DNA of 64,000 nucleotides from Chloroflexota bacterium (GTDB lineage: Bacteria > Chloroflexota > UBA11872 > VXOZ01). The DNA is taken from positions 576,001 to 640,000 of the forward strand of contig CAXXVD010000003.1 of assembly GCA_963662335.2 (NCBI GenBank), read 5' to 3'. The notes beneath the pieces are model-generated. The model was given only the letters and a program-made list of their open reading frames with translations. It had not been told where the DNA came from and did not search any database. Made by a program: the position numbers and the translations under genes. Positions 28,822-37,358 of the stretch are shown piece after piece; the first letter of the stretch is position 1, and every line of letters begins with the position of its first letter.

Positions 28822-30204
28822 CTAGCCAAACTCCGCGATGAAGTCGTCCATCGCCGTCTGCGCCTGCTCCTCGAACGTGCGCATACCCTCGGCCACCGTC
28901 ACCTCGTTGCGCATGATAGACTGCAGGTTCCTGCTGGTGATCGGCAGGATGTCGCCCGCGCCGGGCACGCTCACGACGAAGCGCGCGCCCACCATCTCAT
29001 CGATGGCCAGCCTGCGCAGCTTGTCGTCGCCAATGTACGCATCGCTCTGGGCAACGCTCTGGCGCACCGGGATGCGGTCCATGGCAATCGACCAGCGCAA
29101 GTTCACGTCCGCGCCGTACATGAAGTCGGCCCAGGCGAAGCCGCCGTCGGGGTTGCTGCTGCCGTTGGGCAGGCAGAAGGCCCAGTCGCCGGAGTAGGTG
29201 GCCGGCAAGGCCGTGCTGGGATCCAACGCCGGATACGGCCCAAAGTCGTAGTTCAGGCCTTCGGCGTAGGGGGCCATGGAGGTACGGGTAGCGTTGGTCA
29301 GATACATATAGGTGTTGCCGCCGCTGCCGTACTCCTGCAAGCGGTTCTCGAAGGTGCCGTGGAACTCGCGCACCTTGTCGTAGCCGCCCTGGCCGTCCAG
29401 GACTTTCTTGAGCCAGGTTACGGTATTGATCGCGAGTTCATTGTTGACCTGGATCTTGGTCCGGTCCGGGCTGAGCATCTCGCCGCCCTGCTGCCAGTAG
29501 CCGGCCATCCAGGTGTGGATGCCGCCGGAGCCGCGGAACGGGTCCCAGCCGAGACGCACGATGTTGTCGCCCTCGGTCTTGTGCACCTTCAGCAGCGCTT
29601 CGTCCATCTCATCCCGGGAGGCCGGCGGTGATTCGGGATCAAGGCCGGCTTCCAGGGAGTGGTCCACGTTCAGATAGATGATGCGGGCGTCGATGCTATA
29701 GCTGATGCCGTAGGTCTTGCCCGCCCACTGCATGGCCTCGTACTTGCCCGGCCAGAGGTCGTCCAATGACACGTTAGCAGAAGCAGAGATGTAGGCGTCC
29801 ATCGGCCGCACGAGTTCCAGCAGGCCCCATTGGGGCTGGATGTAGGACTGGGTCTTGGAGTTGTCGGGCGCGACACCGGCCGCGACCACGGTGGGAATAT
29901 CGCGAAAGCCGCCGTTGCCACGCACGAGCGGCACCAGCGTGTAGTTGGTAGTCTCGTCGAATTCCGCGCGCAGCGCCTGGGGAAGTTCTTCGTTATCGAA
30001 GTTCCACGGCGCGATGCCCGTGTACCAGAAGACCACCGGCGACTTCTCCATCGTCGCCTCGCCGGCGTCGCCGTCGCCCTCGGGCGCGGCTGCTTCCTCT
30101 TCCATCGCCCCCGTGCCCGCCTGCGCGCCGCACGCCGCCAGCAGCGCGCCGGCGCCGGTCAGGGCAGCCGTGCCGAGGAAATGTCGTCTGGACAATGATG
30201 CCAT
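28822..30204 (-). CDS. ABC transporter sugar-type solute-binding lipoprotein (Tat signal), copy 2
   Basis: SRRHFL plus LAAC; nearly identical to 27092..28471. Confidence 0.9.
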   Translation of the reverse strand: MASLSRRHFLGTAALTGAGALLAACGAQAGTGAMEEEAAAPEGDGDAGEATMEKSPVVFWYTGIAPWNFDNEELPQALRAEFDETTNYTLVPLVRGNGGFRDIPTVVAAGVAPDNSKTQSYIQPQWGLLELVRPMDAYISASANVSLDDLWPGKYEAMQWAGKTYGISYSIDARIIYLNVDHSLEAGLDPESPPASRDEMDEALLKVHKTEGDNIVRLGWDPFRGSGGIHTWMAGYWQQGGEMLSPDRTKIQVNNELAINTVTWLKKVLDGQGGYDKVREFHGTFENRLQEYGSGGNTYMYLTNATRTSMAPYAEGLNYDFGPYPALDPSTALPATYSGDWAFCLPNGSSNPDGGFAWADFMYGADVNLRWSIAMDRIPVRQSVAQSDAYIGDDKLRRLAIDEMVGARFVVSVPGAGDILPITSRNLQSIMRNEVTVAEGMRTFEEQAQTAMDDFIAEFG

Positions 30205-30336
30205 TGCGTTCACCCCTCCTGGGTTGACCACTGTAGATGAATACGCCATGCCCCCCAACGAGAGACAGGCGCGGCCGCGGGCGGTTTCCTCTGCCGCTTT
30301 GCGCGCCGGCCGTTCTCAGAGAGCGCTAGCAAAGCA

Positions 30337-30366
30337 ATTCTACGCACACTGCGCGTCAATTTGCAA
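30337..30366 (-). promoter_or_regulatory. Promoter TTGCAA-18-TAGAAT of SBP copy 2
   Basis: Matches the element at 28599-28628. Confidence 0.6.
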
Positions 30367-30404
30367 GGGTAGGGGCACGACCTGTCGTGCCCCTACCCTT
30401 GCAA
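30361..30404. repeat. Long GTAG-type hairpin TTGCAAGGGTAGGGGCACGAC-CT-GTCGTGCCCCTACCCTTGCAA
   Basis: 21-bp perfect inverted repeat; a second degenerate copy ends near 30493. Confidence 0.85.
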
Positions 30405-30541
30405 TGGCAAGAAGCGTCATGCCCTCTGCGTGCCGCCGGCGCGTTCTGCCGTGATCCCGCCGGCGGGACGGCACGACGTGTCGTGCCCCTACCGGCGTTT
30501 GGCCCAAAGCAGGGTTGGCCCGGCACGCCATGGCCGCGCCG

Positions 30542-31897
30542 CTACCGCAGGCAGCCGCCCTCGTTGATCCAGCCCTGCACCTGCTCCTGGGTCTTGGCCA
30601 TGCCCTCGGCCACCGTGAGCGAGCCTTCCACCATGGCGTCCCACGTGGCGCGCCACTCGGTATTGAAGTCGCCCTGCTTCAGCAGTTGCGGCACCGGCCG
30701 GCCCTCCGCCGCCATCCGCTTGTAGACTTCGGGGTCTTCATACGGGAAGAGCGTCAACGGCTCCAGATGCTTGTTGGCGGTGAAGCGGCCCTGGCCGGTG
30801 GCGGCGACCTCCGGCAGGGCGTCGGCGCTCACCGTGTACTTGAGGAAGGCCCAGCCGCCCTCGGGGTTCTTCGCGCCTTCGCCGATGAAGATACCGATGG
30901 GGGTCATGACCGTGGCGCTATCGCCGTTCGGCCCCTTGGGCCGTCCCGCCATGCCGATTTCGAAGAGATCATTGGCCGTGATGCGCTCTTCAAACTGGCG
31001 CACGCCGCCGGTGGCGCGCTCGAACATGCCCAGGGTGCCTTCCAGGAAGTTGCCGCCGACGACCTTGTGCTTGGCAAAGAGGTCAACGCAGAACTGCACC
31101 GCGTCGGCAAACTGCGGGGTGTTGAACGTGGCTTGCGTGCAGCCCTCGTTCCACAGGTCCGCGCCCCACGCCCAGGCGTAGTAGGGCAGGTAGGACGTGT
31201 GCGTGGGGTAGATACGCAAGCCGCCAAACGTGATTTCATCGCCTTCGCGTTTGGTGAGTCGCACGGCGGCCTCCAGCACGGCGTCCCACGTCCAGTTGCC
31301 CTCGGCCTCCAACTCCGCGGGAGTCTTCAGGCCGGCCTCGACGAATTTGTCGTTGTTCGACCAGATAGGGTGCGCGGTGAGCAGCCACGCCAGGCCGTAC
31401 GCCACGCCTTTGTACTTGAGAATGCCGGATTCGTAGAAGTCGTCCGGGGAGACCTCCGTATCCTTTGCCAGCAGCGGCGTGACCGGCTGGATGATCCCGC
31501 CGTCCACAAACGGCCCCAGCCAGCCGAAATAGCCGTAGATGTCGTCGAAGGAGATGCCGGCCGCCAGGGCCGCGCCGGCCTTGGTGGTGACTTCGCCAAA
31601 CGTGGAGTCGGTGATCTCCATCGTGTACTCGGGGTGCTTGGCTTCGAAGTTGGCGAAGATGGTATTCCACGAGTTGATCCACGTCTCGTTCTGGCCCTGC
31701 AGCACCATGAGGGCGTTGACGACGGTCGGCTCCGCAGCCTGAGGCGCTTCTTCCGCCTTGGCCTCTTCCGCGGGGGCGTCGCCTTCCGCAAGCATCATGG
31801 TCGCCGCGCCGCAGGCCGCCAGCGCCAACATGCCCGCGCCGCCCGTGGCTCCCTTGAGCAGGAACCGGCGCGTCACTCGTCTGCGTTCGCCTTGCAT
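30542..31897 (-). CDS. ABC transporter solute-binding lipoprotein (Tat signal), copy 3
   Basis: TRRFLL plus LAAC; N.DKF.EAGLKTP, WTWD motif. Confidence 0.9.
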   Translation of the reverse strand: MQGERRRVTRRFLLKGATGGAGMLALAACGAATMMLAEGDAPAEEAKAEEAPQAAEPTVVNALMVLQGQNETWINSWNTIFANFEAKHPEYTMEITDSTFGEVTTKAGAALAAGISFDDIYGYFGWLGPFVDGGIIQPVTPLLAKDTEVSPDDFYESGILKYKGVAYGLAWLLTAHPIWSNNDKFVEAGLKTPAELEAEGNWTWDAVLEAAVRLTKREGDEITFGGLRIYPTHTSYLPYYAWAWGADLWNEGCTQATFNTPQFADAVQFCVDLFAKHKVVGGNFLEGTLGMFERATGGVRQFEERITANDLFEIGMAGRPKGPNGDSATVMTPIGIFIGEGAKNPEGGWAFLKYTVSADALPEVAATGQGRFTANKHLEPLTLFPYEDPEVYKRMAAEGRPVPQLLKQGDFNTEWRATWDAMVEGSLTVAEGMAKTQEQVQGWINEGGCLR

Positions 31898-31940
31898 CGT
31901 TCTGCCTCCTACTTGCACAGCAAATCTACTACCGGTTTAC

Positions 31941-31970
31941 AGTATGGTACCCGACAAGCGAGAGTGTCAA
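31941..31970 (-). promoter_or_regulatory. Promoter TTGACA-18-CATACT of SBP copy 3
   Basis: Paralogous TTGACC-18-CATACT at 33465-33494 upstream of copy 4. Confidence 0.55.
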
Positions 31971-32059
31971 GGAGGCAGCGTAATAGCGCTTCCGTATTTG
32001 ATGCGCCCGAGCAGCGTCACGCTGCTCCAGCGGCCGCGTAGCCATTGCGCTGACAGCGC

Positions 32060-33421
32060 CTACCGCAGACAGCCTCCTGCGTCGAGCCAGCCCTGCACCT
32101 GCTCCTGGGTCTTTGCCAGGCCCGCGACGACCGTGAGCGAGCCCTCCACCATGGCGCCCCACGTGGCGCGCCACGCGGTGGTGAACTCGTCTTGCCGCAG
32201 CAATTGCGGCACGGGACGGCCGTCCCGCGCCATCTGCTTGTAATACGCGGCGTTCTCATATGGAAAGAGCGTCAGCGGCTCCAGGCGCTTGCTGGCCGTG
32301 AAGCGGCCCTGGCCCATGGCCGCGATCTCCGGCAGGGCCGCGGCGCTTACCGTGTACTTGATGAAGTCCCAGGCGCCTTCGGCGTTGTTGGCGCGTTCGC
32401 CGATGAAAACGCCGCTGGCGGTCATGGCCGTGGCGCGCTCACCGTCCGGGCCTCTTGGCCGCGGCGCCATGCCGATCGCAAACAGGCCGCGGGCCGTTAT
32501 TCGCTCCTCGAACCGGCGCAGACCGCCGGTCGCGCGCTCCACCATGCCTTGCGTGCCCGCCAGGAAGTTGCCGCCAATGACCCTGTGCCTGGCAAAGAGG
32601 TCAACACAATACTGCGCCGCGTCCGCGAATTCGGGGGTATTGAACCCGGCCTGGGTGCAGTCTTCGTTCCAAAGGTCCGCGCCCCACGCCCAGGCATAGG
32701 AGGGCAGGTGAGACGTGAACATGGGGTGGATCTGCAGGCCGCCAAACGTGATGTCATCGCCGTCGCGCTTGGTGAGTCTAGCGGCGGCATCCAGCACGGC
32801 TTCCCACGTCCAATTGCCTTCCGCTTCAAGCGCGGCGGGCGTCTTGAGGCCGGCCTCGGCGAACTTGTCTGTGTTGAACCAAAATGGGCGCCCGGTGAGT
32901 TGCCACGCCACGCTGTAGGGCGTGCCCTTGTGCTTCAGGAGGCCGAACTCATAGAAGTCATCCAGGGAGACGTCGGCATCCCGCGACAGGAAGGGATTGA
33001 GCGACTGGATGATGCCCGCATCGACGAACAGCCCCAGCCAGCCCTCGTTGCCGTAGATGGCGTCGAACGTGAATCCGGCAGCCATAGTGGTGAGCGCCCG
33101 GGAAGGGACTCTGTCCAGTGTGGCGCCGATGACCTCCAGCTTGTACGCAGGATGCGCGGCTTCGAAGCCCGCGAAGATGGAATGCCAGGCGTTGACCCAC
33201 GTCTGGCGCTGGCCCCGCAACACCATGAGCGTACTGACGACGGCCGGCTTCGCGGCCTTGGCGGATACCTCGGTCTTGGTCTCCGCGTGCGGGGCTACAC
33301 CGGATTCCGGCGCCGCGCTCGCCCCGCCGCACGCCGCCACGGCCAATGCCAGCACACCGGCGGCGCTTGCCGCTCCGCTGAGCAGGAGCCGCCGTGTCAA
33401 TCGCCTGCGACCACTTGCCAA
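32060..33421 (-). CDS. ABC transporter solute-binding lipoprotein (Tat signal), copy 4, paralog of copy 3
   Basis: TRRLLL plus VAAC; long stretches identical to 30542..31897. Confidence 0.9.
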   Translation of the reverse strand: MASGRRRLTRRLLLSGAASAAGVLALAVAACGGASAAPESGVAPHAETKTEVSAKAAKPAVVSTLMVLRGQRQTWVNAWHSIFAGFEAAHPAYKLEVIGATLDRVPSRALTTMAAGFTFDAIYGNEGWLGLFVDAGIIQSLNPFLSRDADVSLDDFYEFGLLKHKGTPYSVAWQLTGRPFWFNTDKFAEAGLKTPAALEAEGNWTWEAVLDAAARLTKRDGDDITFGGLQIHPMFTSHLPSYAWAWGADLWNEDCTQAGFNTPEFADAAQYCVDLFARHRVIGGNFLAGTQGMVERATGGLRRFEERITARGLFAIGMAPRPRGPDGERATAMTASGVFIGERANNAEGAWDFIKYTVSAAALPEIAAMGQGRFTASKRLEPLTLFPYENAAYYKQMARDGRPVPQLLRQDEFTTAWRATWGAMVEGSLTVVAGLAKTQEQVQGWLDAGGCLR

Positions 33422-33682
33422 CGCTCTGTCTCCCCGGCGCGTGCCAAGACTGCTACCGGATTTGAGTATGGCGGCGTGCGAGCGAGGAGGTCAAATGATG
33501 CCGGCAATGGAACTGCCGCGCATGGCGCAACGGGAGACCGTCCTTCCCGTGTTTCTTTGAGGACGCGGCGGCGCTATGATAGACTGCCGCTACGCGAGAA
33601 ACGGCCTCAACGCGCGAGGACGATTCGCCGCAATTGGTGTCAAACGTACGTGGCAAAACGCAAGTACTGAGATTGAGGTGAC

Positions 33683-34897
33683 GTGCTCATGGCGTGGGAC
33701 GGCAGAGTACCCGTACTTCTCATCGGCGGCGGCATGATCAGCCAGGACGTGATCATCCCGACGCTCTTCCAAGAACAAGATCGCGGTGTGGTGGGCGACG
33801 TGAGCATCGCCTCCCGGCGGGCGAGCACGCTGCGCAAGGTGCGGGAACTATTTCCCGATTATGCGTTCACGGGCTATCCCGACCCGGATACGAGCGCTCC
33901 GGAGGCGTCCGCGCCGGATTCCTACAAGGCGGCCCTGGACGACCTGGACCCCCACGGCGTGGTGATGGTGGCGACTCCCGACCACCTCCATACCGAGATG
34001 ATCCTGGCGGCAATCGAACGCGGGCATCACGTGGTGGTGCAGAAGCCGCTCTGCCTGAAGGTCGCCGACGTTTACACCATCCTCACCGCCGCCGAGAACA
34101 AGGGCATCTACGTCTACACCGACTACCACAAGCGCCACGACCGCGCCATTCGCGCGGCCCAGCGCTACTACCGCCAGGGACACCTGGGCGAGATGCTGCA
34201 CGGTCACGCCTGGATCGAGGAGCGGCGCGAGATGCCGCTGGACATCTTTTCCCTGTGGGCGGAAGAGAGCTCGCCGTTCGAGTACATTGGCGTGCACTAC
34301 GCCGACGCCTACTACTTCATCACCGGCCTCAAGCCCAAGCGCGTGTGGGGCTTTGGGCAGAAGAAATTCCTGCCCACCCAGGGCCAGGACGCCTTCGACG
34401 CGGTGCAGGGCGTGATCGAGTGGAGTGACGGCTCGGTGCTCTGGGTGCAGACCTCGTGGGTGTGCGCCGAGGCAAACAGCGCGCTCACCAACCAGGGTTT
34501 GCAGCTTTCCGGCACCCAGGGCGAGTATTGGGCCGACCACAAAGACCGCAAACTGCACTTCGTCACCCAGGATAAGGGCTTCGAACACTTCAATCCCAAC
34601 TTCTTCAAGCAGTACGAGCCCTGGGACGGCGCAGGCACGGAATACGTAGGCTACGGCTACGACAGCGTTATGCAGGGCGTGCACGACGCGCGGCGCATCC
34701 TGCGGGAGACCGAGGGCCTGGACGCGGCGCAGGCGCTCCAGGCGCGGCGCGGTATGCTGGCCGAATTCGCCAAGGCGCGGCCCCTGCCGCAGCAGGCCGT
34801 GGTCGGCACCGCGATCGCCGAGGCCGTGCGCCTCAGCATCGCCCACGACAACCGGGCGGTTGCGTTCGACGAGTTGCTCTATCCGGTTTTGGCGTAA
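33683..34897 (+). CDS. Gfo/Idh/MocA family oxidoreductase
   Basis: IGGGMI, VATPDHLH, VQKPL, HKRHD, GVH..D. Confidence 0.9.
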   Translation: MLMAWDGRVPVLLIGGGMISQDVIIPTLFQEQDRGVVGDVSIASRRASTLRKVRELFPDYAFTGYPDPDTSAPEASAPDSYKAALDDLDPHGVVMVATPDHLHTEMILAAIERGHHVVVQKPLCLKVADVYTILTAAENKGIYVYTDYHKRHDRAIRAAQRYYRQGHLGEMLHGHAWIEERREMPLDIFSLWAEESSPFEYIGVHYADAYYFITGLKPKRVWGFGQKKFLPTQGQDAFDAVQGVIEWSDGSVLWVQTSWVCAEANSALTNQGLQLSGTQGEYWADHKDRKLHFVTQDKGFEHFNPNFFKQYEPWDGAGTEYVGYGYDSVMQGVHDARRILRETEGLDAAQALQARRGMLAEFAKARPLPQQAVVGTAIAEAVRLSIAHDNRAVAFDELLYPVLA

Positions 34898-35034
34898 CGC
34901 CCTCTTCTCTCGCGGCGGTCGCGTTGCCGGCGCGGCGGGGCGGGCGCGCATCTCCCTTGAAGCGTCGAGCCGTTCATGCTTCGTCAGGTTCGGCGTCTTC
35001 GACGACGACGTCACGAACGGACTTCGTGGGACGT

Positions 35035-35196
35035 GCAGCACTCTCCAAGAAGGCGGCACTCTCCAAGAACGCAGCACCCTTCAAGAACGCAGCACCCTTC
35101 AAGAAGGCAGCACTCTTCAAGAAGGCAGCACTCTTCAAGAAGGCAGCACTCTTCAAGAAGGCAGCACTCTTCAAGAAGGCAGCACTCTTCAAGATG
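35035..35196. repeat. Tandem repeat, 9 x 18 bp (GCAGCACTCTTCAAGAAG)
   Basis: Nine contiguous units counted; variants concentrated at the left end. Confidence 0.95.
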
Positions 35197-35264
35197 TATC
35201 GTTAACAGGCTCTTTGGCTTGTCCCCTTCATTGGTCTCTATGCCTGTCATTGTTCTCGATGCCT

Positions 35265-35339
35265 GTCATTCCGAGGGCAGCGAGGAATCTAGGGCGCCAA
35301 GCACGCGAGATTCTTCGTCGCTGCGCTCCTCAGAATGAC
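35265..35339. repeat. Inverted REP doublet (GTCATTCCGAG...GAATGAC family)
   Basis: Direct reading; spacer begins AGGGCGCC as at 37089. Confidence 0.8.
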
Positions 35340-35374
35340 ACAGTGAAGAGTGTCTTCGGTGCGATTCTTCGGAG

Positions 35375-35462
35375 TGACACTCACATCTCTACGGGTTGAC
35401 GCTCACATCTCTACGGGTTGACACTCGCGTCTCTACGGGTTGACGTTTACATCTCTACGGTC
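35375..35462. repeat. Tandem repeat, 4 x 22 bp (TGACACTCACATCTCTACGGGT)
   Basis: Four contiguous units starting 35375, 35397, 35419 and 35441. Confidence 0.92.
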
Positions 35463-35539
35463 GAAGTCCAAACCGGCTAAATCCGCTCGGTTTGGTTACG
35501 TGCACCGCTCACGTTTTCATACGACTAAGGACGGAGAAC

Positions 35540-36295
35540 ATGCTCTCATTCCGCAATTCCACAAGACAACTCACCGACTCCGGTGTAGACACTGCGATCA
35601 TCAGCGTGGGCTCCACCGAGCAGTGCGGCCCGTGCTTGCCCCTGCACGTCGATACGCTGGTAGCCGAGTACTTTGCGCGGGCGTTTGGCGAACGGCTCAA
35701 CGCCTACGTGCCGCCGGCTCTGCCGTTCAATACCGCTGAAGAGCACGCTTCATTCAAAGGCACGGTAACGCTGAGTCCCACCACCGTGATGCTCGTGCTG
35801 GAGGAGATCGTAGACGGTCTGCGGGAGCAGGGTTTTACCAAGCAGGTGCTCACGTGCGGCCACGGCGGCTCGTACTGGCTGGCGGCCTTCATCAAGCACA
35901 TAAACCGGCAGTTCCCGGACGTTGTGGTCGTGAACGCGCACCAGGGCGGCGCGGCCGTGTGGGAAGAGGCACGGGAGCACGCCGGCCTGGCCGGTCGCGG
36001 CGAGGTGCACGGCGGCGCCGAATCCCGCGCTCTCGCCCTCTATCTCGCGCCGGACTGCGTGCTGCCGGGCGCGTTCGGAACAGCGATACCGGCAGCCGAG
36101 CAGGCCTACATGGACTACGTGCCGTGGGAGAAGATCACGGCGGACGGCAGTTGGGGCGCGTTTGCGGAGAGCGACGCCGCCGCAGCCACCGCCGCGGCGG
36201 GCCGCGCCCTCCTGGAGTACTTCGTCACACGCCAGGGCGCGTGGCTGGCGGAGCATCTGGCGGGCGCGTGCGCGCGCAAAGGGATACCGGCCTAA
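35540..36295 (+). CDS. Creatininase family protein with atypical metal ligands
   Basis: VGSTEQ.GP.LP..VD, EH..F.GT..L, GHGG, G.WG; ATG 35540 after GGAG. Confidence 0.88.
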   Translation: MLSFRNSTRQLTDSGVDTAIISVGSTEQCGPCLPLHVDTLVAEYFARAFGERLNAYVPPALPFNTAEEHASFKGTVTLSPTTVMLVLEEIVDGLREQGFTKQVLTCGHGGSYWLAAFIKHINRQFPDVVVVNAHQGGAAVWEEAREHAGLAGRGEVHGGAESRALALYLAPDCVLPGAFGTAIPAAEQAYMDYVPWEKITADGSWGAFAESDAAAATAAAGRALLEYFVTRQGAWLAEHLAGACARKGIPA

Positions 36296-36322
36296 CCGCG
36301 CCGGAAGCGAGTCTGCGCACGT

Positions 36323-36940
36323 TCACTCGGCAACGACCAGGCTGCGAATCTGTTCGATGACTGAGGCGCGCACGCCGGCGCGGCTCAGGTCGTCCACACT
36401 GCCAAAGGGGCCGTCGGCCTCACGGGAGGCGATGATCCGGCGCGCGGTCACCTCGCCGATGCCGGGCAGCGTTTCCAGTTCCCGCTGGGTCGCCGTGTTG
36501 ACGTTGAGCGGGCGTAGCGGAGACGGCGCGCTCGAAGACGCGCCCGCCTGGGCGGTCTCGCCCTTGGCCGGCACGTGCACGTGCATCTCGTCCCGCGCGC
36601 GCCGCGCCAGATTGATCGCCACGGCGTCGGCCGCCGCGGTCAGGCCGCCGGCCCGCGCCACCACGTCGCCCACGCGCTCGCCGGACGATGCGGGGTAGAC
36701 GCCCGGTTGGGCTACCGCGCCGGTGACGTAGACCTTGATGTCGCGCAACTCGGTCCGCACCGGCGTCACCATAATCGGCGCCGCGTTGCGCAGTTGCAGG
36801 GCGTACAACCCCAGGGCGACGGCGGCGAGCACTACCAGCAGGAGCACGATGCTCAGGCGGTTGCGCTCGAGCCACTGCAGCGATTCGTGAGCCGCGCCCG
36901 CTTCCGGCGCCGGCGCCGGTCTCTGTTCGTCCTCAAACAC
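36323..36940 (-). CDS. comEA: ComEA family DNA-binding/uptake protein
   Basis: TM anchor, SLBB (VYVTGAV.QPGVY, INLA), HhH (NVNTAT..ELETLPGIG). Confidence 0.93.
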   Translation of the reverse strand: MFEDEQRPAPAPEAGAAHESLQWLERNRLSIVLLLVVLAAVALGLYALQLRNAAPIMVTPVRTELRDIKVYVTGAVAQPGVYPASSGERVGDVVARAGGLTAAADAVAINLARRARDEMHVHVPAKGETAQAGASSSAPSPLRPLNVNTATQRELETLPGIGEVTARRIIASREADGPFGSVDDLSRAGVRASVIEQIRSLVVAE

Positions 36941-37088
36941 CGCATCCCCCGTTAGCGCACAGCGCGGCGCGCCGGGCGCCGCCGTTGCCGCCTACTCTAC
37001 CCAATCGGCCGCGGTCAGTACAAGCGGCAGCGGGCGGTCAATGGGCGATGCAGCGCGTACACGCAGGCCTGGAACAGTTGCGCAACAT

Positions 37089-37157
37089 GTCATTCCGAGC
37101 GCAGCGAGGAATCTAGGGCGCCGGCGTCTTGAGATTCCTCGCTGCGCTCGGAATGAC
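37089..37157. repeat. Perfect inverted REP doublet GTCATTCCGAGCGCAGCGAGGAATCT
   Basis: Direct reading. Confidence 0.88.
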
Positions 37158-37208
37158 ATGCCGGCCGGCGCTGCCGAGAGCGGCAGAGATTCCGTCAGAA
37201 GAATACTC

Positions 37209-37305
37209 AACACGTACAGGAGTGACCGAGCACGCACAGGAGTGATAGAAACCCAGGAGCGACAGAACACGTACAGGAGTGACAGAATACGTTAAGGAGT
37301 GACGG
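37209..37305. repeat. Degenerate tandem repeat, 5 x about 20 bp (AACACGTACAGGAGTGACAG)
   Basis: Units start 37209, 37229, 37249 (17 bp), 37266 and 37286. Confidence 0.8.
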
Positions 37306-37358
37306 AAAGCGCCATTGCCCAAAGCGCTTCACATTGCCCGCGGCGTTAATCGCGTGCT

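Noticed and set aside
35035-35462. Possible CRISPR array in the 18-bp and 22-bp repeats
   Set aside because: Units are contiguous with no unique spacers, and no cas genes are in the window.
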